DNA of 63,933 nucleotides, the filler included, from Octopus bimaculoides (lineage: Eukaryota): the NCBI RefSeq assembly GCF_001194135.2. It is 6 parts of 6 records of this genome, joined end to end, with 100 filler letters (N's around TTAATTAATTAA, not from the genome) between each part and the next. Parts side by side here need not be neighbours in the genome. Positions count along the whole stretch, not along the records: positions 21,010 to 43,788 come from NC_068991.1; 5 more parts are not named here. One strand, written 5' to 3'. Of the stretch, positions 24,976-38,599 are shown piece after piece; the stretch's first letter is position 1, and the number at the start of each line of letters is the position of its first letter. The position numbers were made by a program, and so were the translations under genes. The notes below the pieces were generated by a model, which saw only the letters and a list, made by a program, of their open reading frames with translations, did not search any database and had not been told where the DNA came from.

Positions 24976-26956
24976 CACAGTTTTTGTAGAAGAGGACCAT
25001 TGTCATGAAATTAATACTAGAACAAGACCGGTTGTGATTCTATAGGCTCATAACAAAAGTTGTAGATTTGGAACTCAAGATATAAGAAAATACTGCACGA
25101 CACTTTGCCCACTGTTTCGGCCACTTCATAATCCATATATTCACAACGAATACAAACAATTTAAACATAATTGCGTTGTTTCTTTCCTTTATAATTTAGA
25201 AAGGGTGGATATTCAGATAAACAAGCTAAAGCCAAACGAAAATCAAAAGAAATCAATTTAAGTATTTTCATACTGAAATGTTATTGCATAGTGGAAAATC
25301 CATTTTACCTATTAACGAACACTCAAGTCTCTCGTGTTATCTTCAGTTTATATTTATTTCTTGAAATATCAACATTTTGGTTGCAATTTTGCGGCAAGGT
25401 CTCTAAAGTAATTTCACTAAAATTGTTGAAAATTTAGTTATTGACCGGCTTTTGTAATCTTTAGAGAGTTTACTGGATTTCAACTTATTTTTATAATCTT
25501 TGAACGTATAGCCTACTGTGTTGTTGTTGTTGTTTGGCTGTTTGATACGGGTTGTCTTCATAATCCGTTTTAGATTTAATTCTGCTGCTGCTCTCTGTAT
25601 AACAGTCACTGATTTCAGCTAAACAAATTTTCTTTACTTTGTCGTCGTTGTTGGTTCTGTACATATGGAAAGGTTACTCTCTATGGTTGCGTAGCGTATG
25701 TTTAAAATAATTCAGAAAAAGTGCATATCTGCTGATATTAAATTCTTGCGAAGTTGATATATTTAAATGATGGAAAGAAAGGGCGTATTATATCGGAGAA
25801 ATAACAACATATATAGCATCAAACTTTTATGTATATTTCTGTTTACACAGGCCAGTCTATATACACAGTGATATACATACATGTATATATACACATACAT
25901 ATACAAACACGCATACATATTTAAATGCATGTTTGCATTGAACTGCTCTAGGGAGATCTGATCTGTACGACTTCTTATGTGTGAGATACAGTTGTTAGAC
26001 AATTTGAACTTACGTTTGATACGGATTCGTACTTTCTTCTGCATACAGCTTCAGTTACCTGTTTTAGTATTATACCATAACGATATATAGATATATCCCT
26101 ATTGAGTCTACTAATGCGTTATCATGTTTATCAAGGTGGTAATATATGAAAATAAGTTGCCTTTCGGTATAGTCTCCCCAATGCTTTTGGAACATCATCT
26201 GTGCAGATAGGTTGCATATGGCATTTCTTTGCTCGAAATCCCATAATTTTTACCTTGCTGCAGGCATGTGGGTTAGTGACAATGTTTGTTTACAGGTTTA
26301 TCTGTCAGAATTATAAAACAGACGTCACATAATCAAACTGTTGACAATACTAAATTTTAAATACATTATATAAACTAGAATAATCTTTTTCTGTGTTACT
26401 CGATAGCTGCATTTGGAAGGTAAATTATAGAATGTGCTTTCACCGTTTTAAGTTTAGCACTTTAGAGGATATTCCTCTTATGTTCCAGAATACTATATCA
26501 TGCTTAAGAAAAAAAGTATTCCAAAGCAGTGCTGAGCTTAGCCATCGCAGCGAAGGTCACTATAAAACATCAAAACGAATTAATAGTGTAAGTAATGTAA
26601 AATGATTTCAAACACTTTTAATGGCCTTGTAAGTGATCTTATGAGAGAAAACTAGTAAATTTGTTGTGTTGGCTAATGGATGGAAAAAGTTCACAACATA
26701 AAATATCTGTTATAAAACTAGTTCCAATATTTAATGATAATTTACAGTCCTCTGGAGAAAGCAGCCACCGCATCCTAATATAAGATTGATACACACAGGC
26801 ACGCATATATTCATTATATTCCCTGTATATTAATAATTCCAATAATCCTAAACATATAGAAATGACTTTATCCTTATATGATACGGATTGAACCAGTAGA
26901 ATACCTTGGATTATATAATCCCTAATGCAGCCTTAACTTCCTAGAATTAAATATAT

Positions 26957-27088
26957 AAAAGAGACCGATAGAATAAGTACTAGGGTAAGAAATAATAAGT
27001 CCTGGGATCGATCTGTTCGACTAAAGGCGGTGCTCCAGCATGGCGCAGTCAAATGACTGAAACGAGTAAAAGAATAAAAGAATAAAGA

Positions 27089-27091
<3 letters not shown>
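26957..27091 (+). mobile_element. SINE family A 3' module
   Basis: GAGACCGATAGAATAAGTACTAGG...CGACTAAAGGCGGTGCTCCAGCATGG...(TAAAAGAA)n. Confidence 0.85.
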
Positions 27092-27124
<33 letters not shown>

Positions 27125-27747
27125 ATATATACAGTATGTGAATGAAGTGTGCCTTGCTACATGTGTAAGCGAGATGATTGAATGTGGGTAAATGAAGACC
27201 AAAAGATAATGCTACATTCCTTTTTCATCAAGTGCTACATGTTATCTAATAATATGTTGCTCAAATCCATTTTGTCTCTCCTGATTTGCGAATGAAGAGT
27301 ATATGCCGTGTTACATGTGTAAGTGAGATGACTTGAACGTAAGTACCAGCGATTCTAAAAGAAGATCAATGATGATGCGTTGTTTGTAGGGTCCTTGTGT
27401 CTATCACTCCATTTTTATCATTTCAACTCTTTCCTTATCCATACGCTATTTTGACCCCCATGTTTTGTCTGTCCTGTACTGTCCCTTCTGTGTATTAGCC
27501 TTTTATGCCTGTGACTGAAAAAAAAATATAAATCAGCTTGAAAACTGCTTTTAAGCGATAACATTTTGTAAACTTATAAACATCTGATTATTAAAGTGGA
27601 AAAATTATCAGAAAAGTATTATCTCGAAAGAATGTTTTACATTTTGTATTAGTGAAGACATGTTAATAATAATTTATATATTACTAAATATGATAAGTTA
27701 TTTACATGATTTTTTTGAGTTATGAAACAAATTTATGATATTTGGAT

Positions 27748-27878
27748 TGTGTGTAAAAACCATGCGTACTATCGACCCCTCTCTCATCTGTATCGCCCCC
27801 TCCTTCATCTGTATCGCCCCCTCCTTCATCTGTATCGCCCCGTTTCTGTTTGGCTCCCTGTGGGTTATAAAGAAATTA
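27748..27878 (+). mobile_element. Very short 5'-truncated Tx1-type 3' end with TSD
   Basis: ATATTTGGAT at 27738-27747 and 27879-27888; tail TGTTTGGCTCCCTGTGGGTTATAAAGAAATT; internal 21-bp unit repeated ~2.7 times. Confidence 0.7.
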
Positions 27879-27938
27879 ATATTTGGATATTTTATCGTTA
27901 AAAAAAGATTCATCTAATGATTACTCCGTCATTTCTCA

Positions 27939-27972
<34 letters not shown>

Positions 27973-28212
27973 TAGTTTTAGGGAAAATAACCAAGTTTCA
28001 AGAACTCATCAATGAAAATCCACTATCACATATAGAAAAATTAACAATTAAAAGCACAATAAATGAGTATGATATAAAGCAAAGTAAATATCATAAGATA
28101 AATATAATTTAATTTTTATTTTTTATAAATTGATTTTAATTGANNNNNNNNNNNNNNNNNNNNNNNNNNNNNNNNNNNNNNNNNNNNNNNNNNNNNNNNN
28201 NNNNNNNNNNNN

Positions 28213-28282
<70 letters not shown>

Positions 28283-28792
28283 GATATATATGTGAGTGTT
28301 TGTGTGTGTGTACACACACATACACAAACACACACATTATATATATGTTTATATGCATATGTATAAATATACACAAATGTATGTGTGTATATATATTTAT
28401 ATGTGCTCAGAACGAAAAAAACTCTATTACTGTATGTTTTATATATTACTTGGAGTTACATATGATTCAACAGTGTAACGAAACAATGTAACATGTGTGT
28501 GAAATAGCAGTTTATAATTTTATCAAAAAATACTGAGAAATATTCGTTTGAAACCTGGTGGATATTTTTCTCCTTATTTGCATAAGAAATACCTCTTTGC
28601 AACTTTAAAGCACGTAAAAATGATATCATTCATGAAATTAACGTTTTTCGCCTTTTTCTGTGGGGTTTACGTGAAAAAAAAAAATCTATCAGTGTAAATC
28701 TAGATAAATACAGAAAATTTTATGTTTTAAAATCGTACAGCAGAAAAGGAGGAGGTACTTTTAAAGTTTACTGAAACCCTATACGGCAAATT

Positions 28793-29410
28793 ATGGCTGA
28801 TGTCGCACAACCACGTTGTTCATGTACTAATGAAAGGGAGAAGTCGACACGATTACGCCAAGCACATCAAAGACGTATTCGCCGGTTTAAGAGATCAAAT
28901 TACCTAACGAATTTGTGTAATTTCCTTGTAGATTTTGCAGATAACCGTACTGCAAAATGCACAGATTTTCTCACTTGTTGCTGTCGAGGTTTTCGACGTA
29001 CGGACCGTGATCAGAATACCTTACATTTTGCTACCAAGATGGGACTATATTTTGGAATTCTCTCTTCAGTTTCTTTGTCATATTTACTTCTCACGCTGAG
29101 TCTGTTCAGTTGCGGCTATTCTGACGAGATGCTATGCATCTCATTCGAATTCCTTCTTTGCCACGTATCTCTGTTACTCTTTGTTATATTTTATCAACCT
29201 CTTGATTTTGTCAATCTTCGACATATTGGGGTGATATACATGATGCTCCTTATTAGTTGTGCTAATACTGTCTTCTACAATTTCATCACTACTTGTTCAA
29301 CCGGATGTGCGTTGATGAACATGCAATTACTCAATTCTTTCTTTTATATTTCACTGATTTCTATTATTAGATTTGCATTCTATGATACCTTAATCAGTGA
29401 TGATTTTTAA
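28793..29410 (+). CDS. Unknown 205-aa protein, basic Cys-rich N-terminus and ~4 hydrophobic helices
   Basis: Longest non-TE, non-microsatellite ORF in the window; in-frame upstream stop at 28772; start context AAATTATGG; no family recognised. Confidence 0.55.
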   Translation: MADVAQPRCSCTNEREKSTRLRQAHQRRIRRFKRSNYLTNLCNFLVDFADNRTAKCTDFLTCCCRGFRRTDRDQNTLHFATKMGLYFGILSSVSLSYLLLTLSLFSCGYSDEMLCISFEFLLCHVSLLLFVIFYQPLDFVNLRHIGVIYMMLLISCANTVFYNFITTCSTGCALMNMQLLNSFFYISLISIIRFAFYDTLISDDF

Positions 29411-32400
29411 CTTTCAACTCCGCCAAAGTCAACTATTTTCATGTGGAATCTGAACAACAGTTGGAAGTATATCGATTCCTTAAACGATTCGGTTTCTTCG
29501 AATATCCTAATCTGAAACTAATTTACTTTTTTTATATATGAATTTTTAGCCGCAAAACGTTTAGTCGATGTTAAAAATTCTCCATTAGTATTTTGGATAA
29601 ATTTACCGCTTTATTTATTCAAATTATACATTGTGCATAAATACTTTGAGAAGCGTCTTGGAAACTATTTTAAAGTCTTTACATTTGTGTATTTTTAATA
29701 CTACATTATGGAATACCATTAGCTCTTTATCTATATCACTGTAATCCTCCATTAGCAGGCATTGCCAATGCTTTTAACTTATACGTAGGCCGCAATTCTT
29801 CCCACATTGTATACCTATTCATGACTAATAAACAATTGTCTAGTCGTTCGACAGAAGTCTTTCAACCTGAAACTCCTCCTTGGGAATTTTTTATTTTATT
29901 TATTTATTTATTTTTTTTTTCGAATCCATGTTCCAATGACTTCAATTTATTACATGCGATTCTTAAATAGTCGCACCGAACTTTTCAGAGCAGCATTTCA
30001 CTATTAATTGGATATGACTGACTGGAGTTTCTCTTGATATTTCTGAAGATTTAATGGCAATTATGTCATACTACAATGATAGCAAGTTTTGTTCGGCAAT
30101 GTGTTCCACAACCATACTACGCATTAATTCATAATGCATCGGATTACTGTTGCTAGTCCTTATAAATGCATTTCGGAATTATGTGCATCGCACTAAATGG
30201 CTGTAACTCTCAACCGTGGTGGAGATTCCTGGACTGCGAAGTTGCCATTTTAAATTTGCAATTCTCCAGCAACGCTACGGTTTTTTTTTTATATAGGAAG
30301 CCTTGATTTATATGTTAGGTTAAGTAAAACTGATTTGGGGTTCACACCCAGCGTGTTAAACCTTGTTATTCAGGGTGCTACCACCCATTTAACGATGTTC
30401 TCTTCCTTAACAACTTGAATACAAAAGTCATTCGCACCTTAAATTAAATTTCAGAATCTCGTCTTTTCTAAGAAAACCTGAGTACCCATGTTAAAACTTT
30501 CTAGCGTTCAACAACTATTTCTTCAATCAAGTAATTTTTAATTCTATTTCCGATAGAAGTCGCTTATGTGTGTATAGTTTCACAGCATTTCAGAAATACA
30601 TTCTGGATGACTGGGTATCCTAGAACTAACGGTTTACTAGTGTACATGTCGTATACCAATTTCAGTCTATATTTTGTGGCTAGTATACAATGACACTGTT
30701 TTAAACTAATTTTATAAGTCTTAATTAATATCGTGAATTCTATATGCTGCGAGGTCAAATAATATATGGCCGGAGGTCGATTCGTTGTTTTGATGTACCT
30801 TTTTTCCGAAACCTTCAATGGTAACCTAATATACGGGTTTTTTTAATTCTAGTCTTTTTTTTTGGGGGGGGGGATAAATGACTATAACTTTTTTATAAAA
30901 GCTGCACAGTCAATCAGCTCGTATTTTACATCGGTTTGCAATTTCAATATTGCTAGAACTGAAAATATTTAATTCACTCTCAAATTGGTTTTATAGAATA
31001 AGTTAAATTTCACAAGACATGTAGGGGAAATGCAGAATCCAAGCTTTTAAGTTTGAAGCAAATTTGTAATTGTAACTAAGCAGCTCCATCTACAAATTGT
31101 GTGGAGACTGTTAAACAAAAAAAAAAAAACCCGAAAAATATTAAAATGCGTTAAAAATTTAAAATTCTTGCCTACAGAATTCGTCTCTTCGATGATCACT
31201 ATAGATGTATATAGGATAATTCCACCGAATAAAGTAGTTATGCATCAGTGTCCCAACTATAGATGCAGTCAAGCTTTCAAAATATCCTGAGAACGAAACT
31301 AATACCTGAATAATTAACTGCTAAGACAATATTAAATTTTATGTGCCTTAGTCTGTTTTTTTACCAGTAAGATCTTTAAATCATAACTCGATCTTGTGTT
31401 AACTTTTTTTAAAACTCTTTTCCTTTTTTTAGACTTCAGTATAACTCAAAAATAAAATGAAATTTTCTTCTAATTCTTCCAGCATCTCTTGAAACTACAA
31501 GACGTAGTGATTATAGGATTAACAGTCCCTTTCAAAGTATGCTAAGAGTTGAACGAACTGCTTATTTTAATGTTTAGTAACTTTTTGTAGTGGTTATGGT
31601 TTGGACCATTTGAGTATTTAATTATCGGCTAAGAGCAGTAGCATGACAAAAAAAAAACACCTTCATTTTATCTACTCTACGATCATCCAAGCTGCATTAA
31701 AAATACAAAATGTTTTTTGTGTGAATGGATTTTGTAATGAGGTCGTTGTTTCATCTCACACCTCATATTATCATGTAAACTTTTTTTTAATATCCTAACA
31801 CTTTCCCACTATTTAAATTTACTCACGGTTGTACAGATAGATATTTAATAGCTTGTATATTTGACAGTTACCTAAGTCCTTTGACGAACACCAATTAAAT
31901 ATTTGAGTTACCTTTATTACTATGACATTGTTTCGCGTGTCTTTCTATATTTTTTCAATGTGTGACAAACGTGTAAAAATTTGATTAGTATTTATAGATC
32001 AGATAAACGTAACAGAACAAGTTACAGGATAAGATTTCTCTGGTTGTCGTATGCTTCAAGGCCATTTCCTCGTAATGTCATACGTTTTATGCTTCCATGT
32101 CTTCCTTGTATATCTTCCCGGCCCAGTAGCAATTCTATATATCCTTAATATTTATCTTGTAAGTGTGTTAAATTCCAGTGGCTGTTTACACGTAGCTATA
32201 GATAACAATTTAGTCCCGTGTAGTAGTAAGAATGTTTCGGTTACCAATTTATCAGCTAAAACGGGAGTTGAAAACCCCATGTCACACAAGATTTAATGTG
32301 TGTACCATCAAATTGGTGTATTCTTGGAAAAGAAACTTTGAAAATATACACTTTTCTCAACATCACTAAGAGTAAAAGATGTTTTATATGACACATTCTA

Positions 32401-32499
32401 CCAGTATCCGAAGTTTGAATGTGTTTAGTTACAAAAAAATAATTTCTCGATGTGCCGTTCAAAGGGTAAATATCCTAAAGTTGTTTTTATAATGGAGTA

Positions 32500-34146
32500 T
32501 TGCGCTCAAACAATATTAGCATAAACTGTTATTTTCCAAGGTGACTCACTTTCACCATTAATTTTCTGCATAGCACTAATACCACTCTCAAGTGAACTGA
32601 ATAGAACAGGGTATGGCTACAAAATTGACAAGCTATCTATTTTATATGGATGATTAAAAAATATACGGCAAAGATGATGAAGAGCTGGAAGGACTACTAC
32701 ATACTGTGAAAGGATTCAGTGATGATATCTGGATGGAGTTTGGCCTTGAAAAGTGTGACAAAGCCACTTTTAAGAAAGGGAAACTGGTAAAGTCAAGTTC
32801 AATCGAATTAGCTGTCGAAACAGTAATAAAGGAACTTGAGCAGGAACAGACCTATAAATAGCGAGGAATAAACGAAGGCTCTGGTATCCAGCATGCAAGC
32901 ATGAAAGAGAAGTTTAGAAAGGAATGTTATAGAAGAGTTCGAGCAGTCCTGAAGTCTGAGTTGAATGCACATAATAAGGTGTTAGCCATAAATTCCTTAG
33001 CAGTCCCAGTTGTTCTTCATAGCTTCAATGTGCTCAACTGGAATACCAGTGAAATAATGAAAATTGACAGAAAAATCCGTAAGCTACTGACTTGTAATAA
33101 GATGCACTATCCAAAGGCAGACGTGGATCGTCTTTACTTTCTCAGAGCTCAGGGAGGTCGAGGTTTGATCCAGCTTGAACTTACGTACAAAACCACCATA
33201 ATCGGACTGGCCAAATACCTTGAAACAACCAATGATTGGATGCTGAAACTTGTTGAAAAACATGAAAGACTAAAGAAACTTCACTTTATTCTGAAAGAGA
33301 GCAAAAACTTCGCTACTGATCTCTTAGATACCTACCAGATTGATCAGGTTGAAGGAAACACGCCAACTGCTGCTGCAAATAAAATAAAAGTAATTGCAAA
33401 GACAAAAGCACGTGAAAAATTAGCTAGCAGATGGGAACAGAAACCTCTGCATGGCAAGTATGTGGCTCGTAGCAAACAAGCTGATGTCGTCTAGAAACAC
33501 ACGCATCAATGTTTACGAAGCTCAAGACTGAAAGCAGAGAGTGAAGGTTTCCTATTGGCTGTTCAAACCAAAGCTTATTAACCCGGAACTACAAAGCCAA
33601 TGTGATAAAAAATGGAGCTGACCCAAAATGCCGTTTCTGCAACGATGAGATTGAAATTATAGACCACCTAATCTCAGGGTAGAGAGTCTTAGCACCTGTA
33701 GAATATAAAGCAAGACATGAGAGAGACGGCCAGTTTTTACACTGGACAATATGTCTGCATTATAAAATCAAAAACGCTGACAAATGGTATAAACACAGTC
33801 CTGAAGCTGTGACTGAGGGAGAAAATGTGTCGATTCTCTAGGACTTGCCTGTACATATCGACAAAACTATAAAAGCTAATAAACCGGATATTATAAAAGA
33901 TCAGACAAAAAAGGTGTGTTTATTAATTGACATGCGTATTCCTTGCGATCACAATATAGCGGTGAAAGAATTCGACAAGATCAGTAAATATAAAGACTTG
34001 TTAATAGAAATTGAAAAAATGTGGCATCTCAATGCGACTACCGTACCAGTGATTGTAGAATCTCTAGGAATGATAAAAAAAAAAAAAGGTAGTGAAACCT
34101 ATTTGAAAATGATACCAGGCTTACCATCCCTACGACTCATGTACTG
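32500..34146 (+). mobile_element. R4/Dong-like (RLE) non-LTR retrotransposon, 5'-truncated, inactive
   Basis: IFQGDSLSP, YMDD, LYFLRAQGGRGL, CRFC...DHL..G zinc knuckle, NKPDII...LIDM..P...K..KY restriction-like endonuclease; stops and frameshifts. Confidence 0.92.
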
Positions 34147-34361
34147 AGAAGAGTATTATCGCTGTGAAAACAACATCCATTCAGGAATTTATTTATTTAT
34201 TTATTTTTTAAATGCCTGTTTTACCTGTGAATTCGCGTGTGTAAACTGGGAATGCATACAATGAACTTCTCTGCCCTAGGTGTACGGAAAACACTCGGTG
34301 AGAAATGGTTGAAAATTTGAAGAAAAATTAATAATAATCGTTTCTGCTGTAGGCACAAGGC

Positions 34362-34714
34362 CTGAAATTTTGAGGGAGATGGATAGTCGATTACATCTTC
34401 CTCAGTCCTCAAATAGTACTTATTTTATCGACCCGAAAGGATGAAAGGTATAGTTGACCTCGGAGGAATTTGAACTCAGAACGTTGCCACGGGCTAAATA
34501 CCGTTAAGCATTTCGTTCAACGTGCTAACGATTTTGCCAGCTCACTGCTTTAACAACGATACTAATTATAATAATGGTTTCAAATTTTGGCACAAGGGCA
34601 GTAATTTTGGAAGTGTTGAACTGGTACTTTCATTTAACAACCCCAAAAGGATGGAAGGTAACGTCGACCTCGGCGGAATTTGAACTTATAACGTAAAGAC
34701 GGACAAAATGCCGC
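34362..34714 (-). mobile_element. Two adjacent SINE family B copies
   Basis: 34362-34552 and 34576-34714 both contain GACCTCGG.GGAATTTGAACT.A.AACGT. Confidence 0.85.
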
Positions 34715-34715
34715 A

Positions 34716-34749
<34 letters not shown>

Positions 34750-34959
34750 TCAATTATAATGCATCGAAAACACTTAATAGAAAATAAAAGAAAAAACAAG
34801 CAGCCTGTACTCACTGTTTAATGACATGTTGTCGAAATCGGTCATAAGGTAAAACAGAAATAACAGAGGATGAATACAAACTATAAATAGAAGTCTGAAA
34901 CGTGCTTAGCATGTGTCCTTATTAAGTAAGTTAATTTGATTGTAAAGTCTTCTACAGTT

Positions 34960-35345
34960 TGGCTACAGTGGTGATGGTAACATCAGTTGTAGTTAAGATG
35001 GTGGGATTATTAATAGTGTTAGGGATAGTAGTTGGTGGTGGTGTGTGGTGGGTATGGTGGTGGCGTGTTAATGTAGTTTTGATGGTTGATGTAGAAGTAG
35101 TAGGTGCTGACAGTAATTGGTGTGTTGTGGATACCCACAGTAGTGGTGGTGTTAGTAGTAATAGCCGCAATGGTAGTGATGGTGGTGGTGGTAGTAGTAA
35201 TAATAGCAGCAGTGGTGGTGGTAGTGGTCGTGTGGTAGAATAGATAATGGATAACTAATGTTAATGAAGCTGGTGGCCTACAGTCGTGTTAGTTATGGAG
35301 ATGGTAGTAGTTATTCTTGTAGTTGTTATTATTGGTGGCAAGTGG
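34960..35345. repeat. (GGT/AGT)-rich low-complexity tract
   Basis: Degenerate trinucleotide repeats. Confidence 0.85.
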
Positions 35346-35794
35346 TGGCTGTCATGGTTTACCAAACGTTAGCCTTCATAGAAGATATATATGATCCAAA
35401 AAGCTTCCAGCTATGACCACAACGTTTCCTTATCGAGAATTCTGTACAGAGAACTATTTTAAAGAGTCAGTCCTTTTTCAAAGCTGGTACGGAATAAAGT
35501 GATTTGAGAGAGATTTGACTGCTCTTTCTATAGTGTGAGCTACCATGTAGAGGCTTCCTCAGCCGATAAACCATATATTATGCTTTATCTTATAATACTC
35601 TCGCGTTGCTCACTCGTTTGTTATTTCCTGCAACTCATTCCGTATATATTATTGTTGATGTTGCTACATAGCCCAAGGTCAATAATGATTAACAAAGAGT
35701 TATAAGATCCCTGCCAAAATCATGACCTCTATTACACATATATACATAAATGCACACACACACCCACACATACACACACACACGCACGCACGCA

Positions 35795-35854
<60 letters not shown>

Positions 35855-35929
35855 AAATGAAAGAAGGAATTTTACACAGTTTACACAGTTTTAACGTTTT
35901 TAATATATTTTATGTGAAAAAGTATTGTT

Positions 35930-35962
35930 TGTCGACCGGTTTCGCTTTCACTACTCATGACA
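35930..35962 (-). ncRNA. Degenerate hammerhead-like motif
   Basis: TGTC-ATGA-GTAGTGAAAGC-GAAA-CCG-GTC-GACA: stem I, ACCGGT palindrome and GUC site present, but CTG of the core is missing. Confidence 0.45.
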
Positions 35963-38599
35963 TTGAAATTGTTGTAATTTCCACTGTTTCCCCCGGTTTG
36001 TCCATTTACATGTGAGTGTTAAGAAAATCGGTAGAGAATTGTAGAAATGTATGTGTTAGTCAATGTACCCACGCATGTTGTGAATTATATATACTAGATA
36101 TATTTCTAAGACGACGTTTATCTCTGTGCACTTTCATCAAGGCGATGGTATTTGATTTGAGGCAGATTATGGCTGCTATACGACGGCAAAACAGAAATAT
36201 TACATTCATGTCTCCATTCAAGACTGTGTGTAGTTATAAGTATTTTTGTTAATAGAATGATGTGGTGGAAAATGCTGAATGCATTACTTTTGCAGGCCAT
36301 CCCAAATCAGTTAAATCCCTTTGGTGATTGTTCTTGAACGAAAGGAATCCACTAGGAGATGCAGGGGGAAAAAGGAGGAGGAGCAAAGAGACGAATGACG
36401 TTATCAGGAGTAACGACTGGATTGAGATAAAACAATATACGTGTCGGTTGAAAGTAAGATAGAAGTGCAAGGCTAAGTTGTAAAGAAGTTAGCCCGAGTT
36501 TACTCCCGTTAATACAAAAGGAAAAACATTTGACAATTTTTTAAAACATTGTCTCTGTTGTTATTCTTATAAATATTGTTTGGCTGGGAGAATATATCAT
36601 TATGAAGTCTCATTTGAATCCATATTGTATCTAGAAATATATTATATAATAATATAACCGTATTCGTTATACAGTAGAGCTAAATTATTTCTTGGGCGGG
36701 ACGATTTAGCTATTTTGTTTACCAGATTAACTTTTATTCTTATTATTCATTGTCCTGGTTTATATGTGTATAATGATAGGAACGATAAATTTCAGTGAAA
36801 TTTAAAGATCTATTTCTAAGAAGTTACGAGTATGCACTATATTGTATGCATTCTTAAAGTCAATGTAAGTCCCTCAAAATTATCTAATCTATCAGCAACT
36901 CATCCTTTGTTTCTCGTGATCCCTTCCTGCAATTTTGTTCATCTCCTAGTAGTTCATCTTTATTTCAAGGTAGTTGTACAATTAGATATTTATTTTTGAA
37001 ACAGTTCGCACAGGAAGGAGCGACAATATAATCACATTACGAAGTAGGATTGAGAAACATTTATATGTGTAAATGTAGTGTTACTACCAGTTGAAATAAT
37101 TACATGTAATGCTATGTGGTCAGTTTTGTACCCTAATCTGCAAAGATGACTAGAATGCAAATTTTAAAAGAAGCCTATGATATGCTATCCACTGTTGCTT
37201 TTGTTCAACCGCTGTAGCCATCATTATGGACAAACTGCCAGTATCCGCAGAACAACAACCATTCAATCTCATCACCATCATTCATTATTTTAGAAAAATA
37301 AAAATTATCACTAAAAGTCAGTATAAGAAACCAAAACCGTTCATAATATATTCATACAAAACATAGTTGTTACTACCAATACGAAAGTATCTGTATCCAT
37401 TCCCCGTCCACTTTTCGTTTTACTTCTCTTCTATCACCACTATAATTAAATGTGAGATGATGATACATGAGATGAAACACGTACACATACCAATTATTAG
37501 TTGCCATCACTGATAACGTGGAGTTTGATAATGGTGATGATAGTGGGAAGTAAATGGAAATTGGTTGTTTACTCGAAAAAGTTCTCAGCTGTATTTAAAA
37601 AACATCTTGGCATTTCAACTCAGCAGAATTTTCTTCAACGGAAAAAATAATAATGATAATGATTAAAAACTTACACGAAAGCCCGTATGTTTGTTATTGT
37701 GGCACGTAGAAGCTAAAAAAAAAAGAAGAGAGGAAAATATCGGATTCTTACGTATATGTCAACCCATGGTTTTTGAGAATAAAGTGAGAATGCACTATGC
37801 GCTCATGCCATCACAGCCACCACACTCAGTACCACCACCACCGCCACCGCCACCGCTACCACTACCAAAAACAACAAAGCTAGAGCAGCCAATACAATCA
37901 TCACAGTCACCATCACCATAACTACAATAACACGCAGCACTACCACTACCACCAAGAATACCACAACATCCAGCATAATCAAAATAGCCAATGCCATCAT
38001 CTTACACGTAGGCCTGTATGTTTGATAGTGTGGCATATAGAATTTAAAGAAAAAACAGAGGAAATATTGGAAGCTTACGTATGTCAACCTACGGTTAGTG
38101 AGAATAAAAATTTAATATGATGATATTTAAAAACAAAATAAAACATAAATAGATACTACATATGAAAGCACTGATGAAATTTTAAGAGTATACTTAATGC
38201 AAGCCCTAGGAATCACATGGTGTCAGTAAAATTCCCACTACAGAATGTTCATAATAGTTGCTATGTATGATCGCAGGCTCCAGGAAGAGGTATAAGCTCG
38301 TAGTATTGATATAGTTTGGTAGGTAGAAGCTCAACTTAGGTGAAACCTTATAATCTGAAGAAAAAGAAAAAGGGCTTATTGATTATACATTACATCTGTT
38401 TCAAGAATAATGATTTAATATGTGCAGTTCTCTGCATGGTGTCTGCATCCAACATTTTAGTGATAATGTATTTTGTTTACAGAAGGAAAATGTACTGAGA
38501 CATTTTAACAAATGAATATATATGAGGATTAGAAGTGAACATATGTGAAGTGGGACAGTTTAATCAAGGTCGGAAAATACAAGATATATATAAGTAAAC

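Noticed and set aside
25100-25140. Minus-strand TTATGAAGTGGCCGAAACAGT
   Set aside because: Core incomplete and stems do not pair.
32215-32260. Minus-strand CTGATAA...CCGAAAC HHR-like string
   Set aside because: Uncompensated G8>A, no convincing stems I or III.
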